A DNA stretch of 64,000 nucleotides, taken from positions 769 to 64,768 of the forward strand of contig JAEUTQ010000015.1 in NCBI GenBank assembly GCA_016787445.1. Direction: 5' to 3'. Shown piece after piece: positions 18,672 through 26,939 of the stretch; the stretch's first letter is position 1; every line of letters begins with the position of its first letter. The stretch is from Bacteroidia bacterium (GTDB lineage: Bacteria; Bacteroidota; Bacteroidia; B-17B0; Aurantibacillaceae). The position numbers and the translations under genes were made by a program. The notes below the pieces were generated by a model. That model made no database searches. It was not told the DNA's origin and saw nothing but the letters and a program-made list of their open reading frames with translations.

Positions 18672-21176
18672 TTACCTACTCACCACTACTTTTTTAGTAT
18701 CTATACCGGTAGAGGTGTAAACTTTTACAACATAGGTTCCGTTTGGTAATTGAGAAACGTTTAATGCATTCTGTTCGGTTTCATTCAACAACAGTCGTCC
18801 CATTACATCGTATAATTCTAACTTCTCTATTTTATTTTCTTTAACCACTACATTCAACACATCGTTGGCAGGATTTGGATATACTACTACTCCACTCTCT
18901 TCTTTTTTGAATTCCGTAAGCCCTGTCACTGTTACGGTTCCTGTTTTCATGCCATTTCCAAAACTGGTTACCCAAATTTCGGAGGTATTGTAAGGATTAA
19001 AAAACACACGCTCCGGCTGCTGAAACGGATAACTCGGCACCATCGAAAATGTTGGTGTAGCCGCGTTTATGTTATGACTAATCCATAAACCTTGTCCTTC
19101 TGTTGTCAAATAAATCTGATTGGCATTATTGGGATTAAACGTACAGGAAGCCACTCTGTCAATCGTTGTACCTGTTAACTTCGTCCAGCTTGTTCCTCTG
19201 TTGGTTGTTTTGTACAGTCCCCCCAGACCGTTAGGTGGTCCGCCCCAACCGCTAAACACACCCACATACCATGTATTTTGTGTAGGATCATTCGGGTCCA
19301 CCACAATATCTTTTGTCCAGTAATACATACCGGTATGCGATACATCCGTCCATGTATTAGAAGTTGGATTATAAATAAATACTCCGGAGCTCGCCGTAAA
19401 TGCACCTCCCGATGTTCTTCTTCCCGAATAAGTACACACCATGTTACCGTCATTCAACACCACAATACTGGCCGGATGTTTTTCTGTACGCGGAGGATTT
19501 GGTAATAAGGTCCAGGAAGATGCGGCTAAATTATTTAAATCATTCGTCATGTAAACACCGCCAATACCTGCACCGGCATTATAATGAATAACGCTCGCGT
19601 ACGCACGGTTCGGATTATTAGGATCTAAAGCGATCCAAAAAACAGGATGATTAAATACACGTAAATTTTGCCAGGTAGCGCCATTGTTTGTAGAATACAT
19701 AATTTTTCCATTCGCATCTGTCACGTCCAAACGAGAATCTTGCAAATACGTACTTTGATAAATATCGTGTATGTTAGATGTTCCCATAAACAAAGTGCCG
19801 TTGGTTGGATGTTGCACAACACGATAAGCCGAATTCCCGGTATGCCCCGTATAATTAAACGACCATGAACTTCCTGCATCCGTACTGCGTATGCCTCTAA
19901 TATCAGAAAAACACGACCACATATTATTCGCGTTGATCCAATGTACTTGCCAGCAGGTTGTATTTTCAATTCCTACACTCTGACAATTTTGATTCGGCGG
20001 TGTATTCGCTCCGGCCGGATGTTGTCCTGCTGTATTGATATAAGCTTGTTGCCATCCTGTACCCGCATTGTTTGTTTTATGCACAAAACCAAAATCACCG
20101 AAGATGACTGAGTTGGCATTATTAGGAGCTACGGCTAAAGCAAACGGACATTCACCGTAACTCCAACCACGATCGCCGCCTTGTCCGCTCCACCCGGTAA
20201 TAATATTGGCGTTACCCGCTGTATTAAATGTATTAGCCCATGAAGTGCCGGCGTTTGTTGTTTTTAAAACAATCGGTTCTGAAATGGAATTACTGCCGGC
20301 TACATATACCGTATTAATATCGTTAGTAGCCATTCCAACAAACATAGGATAGGTAGTTGTGAAATTGATACCCGTACTTTTTGAAACCCAATTACCGCTT
20401 CCATAATCCACTGAATAAATTCCTTTTGGATAATTGAAATAATCAGAACCTACAACGCCCACATAAATATCTGCCACATCAGCGGTGATACAAAAGAATC
20501 GAGTCACCGCGCCAACTTTTGCTCCGGCAAAACTCCAGATGCGTTCATTGGTTGGTAAACCGGTGATGGTAGCGGTTGTCCATGTTGTGCCACCGTTAGT
20601 TGAAACTAAAACGCCATCGTTTGTTCCAATGTAAATGTTGTTACCGTCGAAAAACACACCTCCCACTACATTTCCGGCAGCTGTTGCCGCTGTGTGAATT
20701 TGTGTAAAGGAAGTGCCACCATTATTTGAAAAATGAATTTCACCGTAATAAGAAATGATAACGCGATTAGGATTATTATAATCTGCATCGATGGAAAAAG
20801 TTTCTTCATTATTATCAGGATTACCGGGTAATGGCGACCAGGTTACACCATTATCTGTACTCTTCATTGGAACAACCATGTTGTTAGCGTAGCTTACGGA
20901 ATACAATAAACCCACAGAACTGGTAAAACATACTTTAGAGTTATGTCCTGCAATTAATTCCGTAAAATGAACTTGATTATAACTTAACCCGAAGTTAGTG
21001 GTGTGAAAGAGTTCACCCATATCACAGGCAATGTAATATTCGCTATTGTTAGCGGGATTAATGGAGCAAGCAAAAAGAGCGCCGCCACCGCCAATGCCTC
21101 GTGAGGAAAAGGAAGTAGGTTGAGCAAAAATTAAGGAAGAACAAATTAACAGGAAGCAGGTAATTGTCTTTTTCAT
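18672..21176 (-). CDS. BNR/Asp-box repeat beta-propeller protein with a type-A T9SS C-terminal sorting domain
   Basis: 834 aa with a signal peptide. Multiple Asp-boxes (STDNGVTWS, SNNGGTSF, STNGGTTW, TTNAGTSW, STDAGSSW, STNNGATW, TTNRGTSW). C-terminus VVYPNPANDVLNVV..GTYVVKVYTSTG..KKVVVSR. Confidence 0.75.
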   Translation of the reverse strand: MKKTITCFLLICSSLIFAQPTSFSSRGIGGGGALFACSINPANNSEYYIACDMGELFHTTNFGLSYNQVHFTELIAGHNSKVCFTSSVGLLYSVSYANNMVVPMKSTDNGVTWSPLPGNPDNNEETFSIDADYNNPNRVIISYYGEIHFSNNGGTSFTQIHTAATAAGNVVGGVFFDGNNIYIGTNDGVLVSTNGGTTWTTATITGLPTNERIWSFAGAKVGAVTRFFCITADVADIYVGVVGSDYFNYPKGIYSVDYGSGNWVSKSTGINFTTTYPMFVGMATNDINTVYVAGSNSISEPIVLKTTNAGTSWANTFNTAGNANIITGWSGQGGDRGWSYGECPFALAVAPNNANSVIFGDFGFVHKTNNAGTGWQQAYINTAGQHPAGANTPPNQNCQSVGIENTTCWQVHWINANNMWSCFSDIRGIRSTDAGSSWSFNYTGHTGNSAYRVVQHPTNGTLFMGTSNIHDIYQSTYLQDSRLDVTDANGKIMYSTNNGATWQNLRVFNHPVFWIALDPNNPNRAYASVIHYNAGAGIGGVYMTNDLNNLAASSWTLLPNPPRTEKHPASIVVLNDGNMVCTYSGRRTSGGAFTASSGVFIYNPTSNTWTDVSHTGMYYWTKDIVVDPNDPTQNTWYVGVFSGWGGPPNGLGGLYKTTNRGTSWTKLTGTTIDRVASCTFNPNNANQIYLTTEGQGLWISHNINAATPTFSMVPSYPFQQPERVFFNPYNTSEIWVTSFGNGMKTGTVTVTGLTEFKKEESGVVVYPNPANDVLNVVVKENKIEKLELYDVMGRLLLNETEQNALNVSQLPNGTYVVKVYTSTGIDTKKVVVSR

Positions 21177-21283
21177 AAAATAGGTTTTAATGCTTTAAGA
21201 TAGAAAAAATAAAAAATCATCCCTAATCCAGGAATGGTTTTAACAGAATTAGTTGGCTGTATTGATTTAGACTCAGCAACCTT

Positions 21284-21362
21284 TGTCACTTCGAGCGTAG
21301 TCGAGAAGCGACTCAACAGATAATTTACCCATGAAACGGTCTCGACTCCGCTCGACCTGACA
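21284..21362. repeat. Palindromic hairpin element, family A, long form (79 bp), copy 1
   Basis: tgtcacttcgagcgtagtcgaga-[33-nt loop]-tctcgactccgctcgacctgaca. 20 of 23 arm positions are complementary. Confidence 0.85.
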
Positions 21363-21379
21363 GCATTTTCTGTAACCAT

Positions 21380-21443
21380 TGTCATTTCGTGTGGCAGCGA
21401 GAAATCTTTTTGAATTAGATTCCTCCCTACGGTCGGAATGACA
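21380..21443. repeat. Palindromic element, family B (64 bp, GTCATT...AATGAC termini)
   Basis: tgtcatttcgtgtggcagcgagaaatc-tttttgaatta-gattcctccctacggtcggaatgaca. This is an imperfect inverted repeat with matching termini and internal gag.aatc blocks. Confidence 0.7.
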
Positions 21444-21455
21444 TACTGCACTTAA

Positions 21456-21518
21456 TGTCACATCGAGCGTAGTCGAGATGTGTATTCGAAAACGGTCTCG
21501 ACTCCGCTCGACCTGACA
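21456..21518. repeat. Palindromic hairpin element, family A, short form (63 bp), copy 2
   Basis: tgtcacatcgagcgtagtcgaga-[17-nt loop]-tctcgactccgctcgacctgaca. Confidence 0.85.
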
Positions 21519-21545
21519 GCAATAGATGTTAGCTCAAGTAAAATT

Positions 21546-21890
21546 CTACCACTTAAAACAAGCTGTTGTATTTGTTACCCGGTTCCAAAACTTATAGCGT
21601 TTCATATCGAAGAGCTTTTTGAATTTCGGATGCGCTTTATTTTTTCGCTTGGCTTTGTGATTGGTGAATGAAAAAACGCTTTTACGTTTTAATTTATCCT
21701 CGCGTGTATCCAATTTACTAATTGCTATTCCCTGCTCTTTACTTTGCTGGCGTAACCATTTTTCATATTCTTCATCCGCTATCTTTTGATATTTATGACA
21801 GGGGCAATTTGGATTTCGCGGATCATTGATATCGTATTTGGATTTGAGGGAATCTTTGTTTAAAACTACTGCATTCATTTTGCAGTTCAT
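21546..21890 (-). CDS. Small lysine-rich hypothetical protein (about 114 aa) embedded in the repeat island
   Basis: This is the non-repeat part of the 180-aa track ORF: MNCKMNAVVLNKDSLKSKYDINDPRNPNCPCHKYQKIADEEYEKWLRQQ..KRKNKAHPKFKKLFDMKRYKFWNRVTNTTACFKW. No family recognised. The start is uncertain; the upstream in-frame sequence is repeat-derived. Confidence 0.35.
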   Translation of the reverse strand: MNCKMNAVVLNKDSLKSKYDINDPRNPNCPCHKYQKIADEEYEKWLRQQSKEQGIAISKLDTREDKLKRKSVFSFTNHKAKRKNKAHPKFKKLFDMKRYKFWNRVTNTTACFKW

Positions 21891-21929
21891 GAAAAAAATA
21901 AGTAATAATATGAAAGTAAAATTTATTCG

Positions 21930-21954
21930 GGTCTCGACTCCGCTCGACCTGATA
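21930..21954. repeat. Family A right arm only (solo half-element)
   Basis: ggtctcgactccgctcgacctgata, identical to the right arms of the full copies except for the last position. No left arm precedes it. Confidence 0.75.
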
Positions 21955-21965
21955 ATTCGTGTCAC

Positions 21966-22044
21966 TGTCACTTCGAGCGGAGTCGAGAAGCGACTCAACA
22001 GATAATTTATCCATGAACCGGTCTCGACTCCGCTCGACCTGACA
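21966..22044. repeat. Palindromic hairpin element, family A, long form (79 bp), copy 3
   Basis: Differs from copy 1 (21284-21362) at only 3 of 79 positions. 21 of 23 arm positions are complementary. Confidence 0.85.
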
Positions 22045-22062
22045 TCGAATTTGGAACTCAGG

Positions 22063-22122
22063 TTAATTATATCTTCTATTTTATTCATCTCTACTTTCTA
22101 TTATTAGTACTGTCATATCGAG
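22063..22122. repeat. Direct repeat D, copy 1 (about 55 bp plus a truncated family A left arm)
   Basis: ttaattatatcttctattttattcatctctactttctattattagtactgtcatatcgag. It matches 22280-22334 with 3 mismatches and ends in the first 12 nt of a family A left arm. Confidence 0.8.
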
Positions 22123-22127
22123 TATTT

Positions 22128-22270
22128 AAACCCCTCTGTCACAAACCCCTCTGTCCTGCGGACATCTCCCCTTAGCAGGGGTAAATTCAGTCGTGGTAGT
22201 ATTAAGCATCATTAGAAACGAACAGCCTCTCACCCTGCTAAGGGGGAGTCCGCGCAGCGGGAGGGGGTTT
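22128..22270. repeat. Palindromic element, family C (143 bp, G/C-rich arms)
   Basis: Left arm aaacccctctgtcctgcggacatctccccttagcaggg (with aaacccctctgtc duplicated in tandem) and right arm ccctgctaagggggagtccgcgcagcgggagggggttt are imperfect reverse complements. They flank a loop of about 50 nt. Confidence 0.7.
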
Positions 22271-22279
22271 AACCACAAA

Positions 22280-22350
22280 TTAATTATATCTTTAATTTTA
22301 CTCATCTCTACTTTCTATTATTAGTACTGTCACATTTCTATTATTAGTAC
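22280..22350. repeat. Direct repeat D, copy 2, with an internal 23-bp tandem duplication
   Basis: ttaattatatctttaattttactcatctctactttctattattagtactgtcaca, followed by a second tttctattattagtactgtcaca. Confidence 0.8.
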
Positions 22351-22410
22351 TGTCACATCGAGCGAAGTCGAGATGTGATTGAACCGGTCTCGACTCCGCT
22401 CGACCTGACA
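22351..22410. repeat. Palindromic hairpin element, family A, short form (60 bp), copy 4, abutting the A2M stop codon
   Basis: tgtcacatcgagcgaagtcgaga-[14-nt loop]-tctcgactccgctcgacctgaca. It ends 2 nt from the TAA (22413-22415, minus strand) of the A2M gene. Confidence 0.85.
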
Positions 22411-22412
22411 TT

Positions 22413-25400
22413 TTATGAATTCGATTTACTGATTGTTACTTTATCGGTAGCAGTCCATGTTTTAAATTCATTCATATAATACAAGTAAGCTGTAGAAGCA
22501 GGCGCATCGTACACACCGGGCATTTCAGCTTTTAAATCCAAATTGATTTCTTTGCTGGCTTTTGGTCCCATACCACGGTAGTAAATCGCGATGTTGTTGC
22601 CTTTGATTTCATAATAATCAAACACTTTTTTCTCTTGCAATTCTTTTAATTGCCAAGGTTGCACGCTAAATCCTGCAGGAATTCCGATAATCGCCATTGT
22701 GCTCGGTACTTCTTCATTCTTCTTATTTGAGATGATAGAAGTTAAACGTACTGTCTCACCTACATTTGCCTTATTGCTTGCTAATTTAGTTTGTAAATCA
22801 ATCACACATTCTTTATCACTCTTCGGTAAAGAAGTACTCCAGTTAACGGCCACTGAATAAGGAAGCGGCGTTTTTACACCTACGTATTTCACTTTTAAAG
22901 TATGTTTGCCATCACCTTTAATGTGCTCTTCCAATCCGGCTAAAGTAATCTCACCTTTATCGCCCGCTTTGTATTCTTTCTCTGCTACTTTCTTTCCATC
23001 AATATAAAGCACAATGGTTCCGTCTTCCGTAGTTTTCTTGCTGAACTTCGCAAACTCAGTCAAGGATTTCAAAGCTAAAATAGTTCCTTGCGTTGAGCTG
23101 AATACACCGGAGCCGCTGCGCGTGCTCGTTAAGAATTGTACCGCTTTGCTTAATGCACCTGGATTCTTCTCTTGTGACTTTAAAATCGCCATGATACTTA
23201 AGGCAGTCGTTTCAATCGTTAAAGAATTTCCTTGCGAATAAGTAATACTGTGTGTTGAACCAGTGAAGCTTCCGTCTTTATCTTGCTTGTTCAATAACAG
23301 ACTCATCATTTCATTTCCTTTCGCGTTATCTTTTAAAGAATAAGCCGCGTTCGCTGCCATTGCCATTAAGTAAGGATCTTTGGTGTCTTTTGCTTTGTTA
23401 TAAGCCGTTTCAAATTCTTTTTTGATATCAGTATAACCCGCTTCACTTAATGCATACACAATATAACCGTTCAATACATCATCACTGATTCTTCCGAAAT
23501 CATGGTACGCGTGTTTCTCTCTTGCAAATCCACCTTTTCCATCCTTTTGTCCCATTAACCATTTAGCTGTACGCTCCAACATTTTCTCATCCACATCTTG
23601 CCCTGCTTTTTTCATATCCATAAATTCCATCAAACCATAAGCTGTTAAACCTTCGTGTGCAGGATTAGCACCAAACCATTCGTAACCTTTGTTGCTCGCT
23701 TCAAATGTGGTTAAGCGTTTATAGCCACGGTTTAATAAATCGGTTGCTTTCGCTAATGTTTTTGTGTCTTTGCTATCGGTTGCGTTCATATAATCTAACA
23801 CCATGGCATTTGGATAAGCAGTACATGAAGTTTGTTCGAAACAACCATAAGGTTCTTGTAAAATTCCTTCTACACCTTTCATTAAATCACTCACTACATT
23901 CGGGAAGGCGGTAAAAGTTGCTTTTAATGAACCATTCACTAATTTATTTACTTCAAAGGTATATTCCTTCTCTACTTCCTGTCCTGAGAAAGAAGCCTGA
24001 ACAGGGAATCCCTTAGGCGCAATTTTAATTTTTTGTTTGAACTCATCGCCTAGTCCGCAAGCTTTGAAACCAATCACAAATTCACCATAACCAATTTTAT
24101 CTAATACTTTATAGTCTAAATAAATGGTTTTTGCTGCGCCCGGCATAATCGTTTGTACAGAAGGAATCGTTGCCAATTCTTTTAATCCATCCGGAGCGGT
24201 GATACTTATCACACCACCTAAAGGTCCGTTTGTGTTATTTTTTAAAGTCAACGGAATGGAAACAAAATCTTCTGTAGCCACTTCCACCGGAATTTTTGTA
24301 CTCATGGCAAAAGGTAACTGGGTAAAGAAATTTTTCTCGGTGCGACCAATAGAACCATCATTGCTGATGCCTTCAATGGTAGTACGGAATGAAGTAATGT
24401 CGTCGGAAGTATAAAACTCAATTGTTTTTTTACCACTGTAACCTACTTCTACATTCGGATTCCAATAAATCGTATTACGGAAATCAGTACGTGTTTCTAC
24501 ATTTTGCTGGTTCTCGTATTTAGGCGCGTAGTAAACACGGGCACGGTAATACGTTTGAATTTGTTGTTGCTGTTGCTCAAACTCCATGTCATCCAAGGCT
24601 GCCTTTTTCTTGTTATCAAAACGACGATCGGCCACACTCGATGCAAGCACTTTAACTGCTTCTTCCTTCGCAACATCCTTATCGCGTTTTTGCTCTGCTA
24701 AAACAATGTCTTGTGGTTTTGCATTTCCAACCGGACCATTCCCTTTCTTTAATGCATTACCCGGCAGCATTGGTGCCTTTTCCATTCTCATTGCCTTTCC
24801 TTCCCCTGCTCCACCGGAAGCTTCTGATACAGGAACAGCAGCTAATTCATCCCAATCCTGAGCGGAAGAAGATTTAGTGCGTGAGCGATTTTTGTAATAA
24901 CCATAGTTGTAATTTTTCTTGTACATATACAAAGTCATGTTTTGATTGTAGTCGTACAAATATTGCGTTTGTGTGTAATAACCTTCATTGTTGAAAGATA
25001 AAGTAACAGGTGCCGTTAAATCAACCTTCTTTAAAAGGAATTTACCGTTAGCATCTGTTTCTACCTCCACACCATTATAAACTTTTACTTTTACGCCGGC
25101 CATTGGCGTACTGTTCTCACCGTTATACACAGTGCCACCAATTAAAGCGCGCTCACCTAAATAATTGATAACAGGTAATTCATCTTCCATTACTTTTTCC
25201 CAGGAAAAACGACGCCAACCTGAAGTCATCATCACAAAATCTAAAGCTTTATCAGCCTTTGGTTCTTTGTTATTAAAATAAAATGCAGGCTCTTCGATTT
25301 TTTCTTTAATGTCTTGCTGCAATAAAAGTTGAGATAAAATATTTCCGGATTTATCATCTGCGAAAGAAAGTAACTGATCATTCACAACCGACATCGACAA

Positions 25401-26840
25401 ATTAGCCGGCATCGGTAATCCTTTTTCATCACGAACTGTGATTGTCATTTTCACTTTCTCGCGTGGTAAATATTTTTCCTTTTCTGTTTCAACAGAGATT
25501 TTTAATTGGCGGTCTTTATTCACAAAGCTTAAACGCTCAGCGCGTGCAATACCTTTTGAATCAAACAAAGTGATTTGCGCCACACCCACCGGAAAATCTT
25601 CGGTAGAAAAAACAAATTTGTTGCTACCGGGTTTTGCATTTACTAAGGTGGTGTAATAAGATTTGCCACGCATTTGTGCCACAACAGCTAACTCTTCCTT
25701 TTCGGTGGTGTTAACATTCACCGTAACTTCTCCGGGATTCGAATTATCTACCGATAAAGCGTAACCGCGGTTTAATCCTTCCGGTAATTTATAAGTTTCT
25801 TTTATACCTTCCGGCTTTGTGATTTTTACAAAATAGTCTTTCCCTAAAACAGGCGTAATATTAAAGGCTCCCATACCTTGATGAAAACTCGAGAAAGAAG
25901 TTAATTTATTTCCTTCAGCATCTATAACATCACCCTCTACATCAGCAGGCTTATTGAATTCATTAAGCGCTTTAAAAGCTACACGGTTAGGCATACCACA
26001 AAGCATATCTCCACCTTCAGGGAATAATGTCAAATCTATTTTATTTAATACAATGGGAATTGAACGTGAAATACTTTCGGTACTTCCGTTATAATCAATC
26101 ATCACATTTAATAAACCATCGTTGGTTTTTAAATCCTTCGGTAAGTTAAATTTGATATAGCGCATACCATTTTCATCCGTCACATCCGCTTTCTCCACAA
26201 ATTTTTGTCCGTTTAAATTACCAACCACTTTAATCTTATAATCGGATAAAGGTTTATTTTCATTGGTGTTTAACTCCAACTTCGCAATGACTTCATCGCC
26301 GGCACCAAAGGCTTTCTTTTCAAAATCCAGTTTCATTTTCAGATTAGGCAATACCACATCCTGCACTTGAATTTCTTTTTCAAAATAATTCTCGTTGCCT
26401 TGATTTTTCATCCAATTAGTGTAAGCACGGATTTTATACAAACCACCTAATGCTTCCTTATCTAAAGCAAAATCACCCGCTGCTTTACCGTTTTTGGCGA
26501 TAATGTTTATTTTTTTCTCAACGGTTCCTTTCGGACTGATTAACTCCACATGCACGATATCGCTTTTATCGGAAGGTTTTAAAGATAGGCCATCACGCAC
26601 ATAAGCTGCCAACCAGATATCATCGCCTGGCTGGTAAAAAGGTTTATCTAATTGCAGATACACGCGATCTTCAGGCGCGTGTGCATTATACTCGGTTAAT
26701 TTCTTTTTTAACGACTTAATAAAGTCATTTTCGGCGGCCGCCTGATAAACCGAAGCAGGCGTAATCCAAGCCACAACGCTGGCAGTAATGGCTGCCACAG
26801 CAAAGATGTGGGTGAATTTTTTGGTTTTACTGGTTTGCAT
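22413..26840 (-). CDS. Alpha-2-macroglobulin family protein with an intact thioester motif (membrane-anchored, 1475 aa)
   Basis: N-terminal anchor FTHIFAVAAITASVVAWI; MG-domain-like repeats. CarboxypepD_reg-like insert GGTVYNGENSTPMAGVKVKVYNGVEVETDANGKFLLKK. Thioester site QEPYGCFEQTSCTAYPN, with the Cys codon at 23841-23843 (residue 1000). An alpha-helical TED-like region and a receptor-binding-like C-terminus follow. Confidence 0.8.
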   Translation of the reverse strand: MQTSKTKKFTHIFAVAAITASVVAWITPASVYQAAAENDFIKSLKKKLTEYNAHAPEDRVYLQLDKPFYQPGDDIWLAAYVRDGLSLKPSDKSDIVHVELISPKGTVEKKINIIAKNGKAAGDFALDKEALGGLYKIRAYTNWMKNQGNENYFEKEIQVQDVVLPNLKMKLDFEKKAFGAGDEVIAKLELNTNENKPLSDYKIKVVGNLNGQKFVEKADVTDENGMRYIKFNLPKDLKTNDGLLNVMIDYNGSTESISRSIPIVLNKIDLTLFPEGGDMLCGMPNRVAFKALNEFNKPADVEGDVIDAEGNKLTSFSSFHQGMGAFNITPVLGKDYFVKITKPEGIKETYKLPEGLNRGYALSVDNSNPGEVTVNVNTTEKEELAVVAQMRGKSYYTTLVNAKPGSNKFVFSTEDFPVGVAQITLFDSKGIARAERLSFVNKDRQLKISVETEKEKYLPREKVKMTITVRDEKGLPMPANLSMSVVNDQLLSFADDKSGNILSQLLLQQDIKEKIEEPAFYFNNKEPKADKALDFVMMTSGWRRFSWEKVMEDELPVINYLGERALIGGTVYNGENSTPMAGVKVKVYNGVEVETDANGKFLLKKVDLTAPVTLSFNNEGYYTQTQYLYDYNQNMTLYMYKKNYNYGYYKNRSRTKSSSAQDWDELAAVPVSEASGGAGEGKAMRMEKAPMLPGNALKKGNGPVGNAKPQDIVLAEQKRDKDVAKEEAVKVLASSVADRRFDNKKKAALDDMEFEQQQQQIQTYYRARVYYAPKYENQQNVETRTDFRNTIYWNPNVEVGYSGKKTIEFYTSDDITSFRTTIEGISNDGSIGRTEKNFFTQLPFAMSTKIPVEVATEDFVSIPLTLKNNTNGPLGGVISITAPDGLKELATIPSVQTIMPGAAKTIYLDYKVLDKIGYGEFVIGFKACGLGDEFKQKIKIAPKGFPVQASFSGQEVEKEYTFEVNKLVNGSLKATFTAFPNVVSDLMKGVEGILQEPYGCFEQTSCTAYPNAMVLDYMNATDSKDTKTLAKATDLLNRGYKRLTTFEASNKGYEWFGANPAHEGLTAYGLMEFMDMKKAGQDVDEKMLERTAKWLMGQKDGKGGFAREKHAYHDFGRISDDVLNGYIVYALSEAGYTDIKKEFETAYNKAKDTKDPYLMAMAANAAYSLKDNAKGNEMMSLLLNKQDKDGSFTGSTHSITYSQGNSLTIETTALSIMAILKSQEKNPGALSKAVQFLTSTRSGSGVFSSTQGTILALKSLTEFAKFSKKTTEDGTIVLYIDGKKVAEKEYKAGDKGEITLAGLEEHIKGDGKHTLKVKYVGVKTPLPYSVAVNWSTSLPKSDKECVIDLQTKLASNKANVGETVRLTSIISNKKNEEVPSTMAIIGIPAGFSVQPWQLKELQEKKVFDYYEIKGNNIAIYYRGMGPKASKEINLDLKAEMPGVYDAPASTAYLYYMNEFKTWTATDKVTISKSNS

Positions 26841-26939
26841 ATCTATAGTATTAAGGTTAAACTTTTCTATAGAGATGCAGGAGGCTTTAGAATTCCATAA
26901 ACAGGCTCTAAAATATTTTGTATGAGAGGGGAAAAGGCC

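Noticed and set aside
21173-22014. Track ORFs 21173-21451, 21273-21461, 21480-21671 and 21823-22014
   Set aside because: Their sequences are largely translations of the palindromic repeat arms (for example SSGVET.., LDYARSD..), so they are repeat-derived open frames rather than genes.
21284-22410. Possible CRISPR array, given the repeated about 23-nt sequence occurring five times
   Set aside because: The repeats occur as inverted pairs forming hairpins with variable loops, and their spacing is irregular (about 156, 436, 90 and 366 nt). Other repeat families are interspersed. No cas genes or leader are present.
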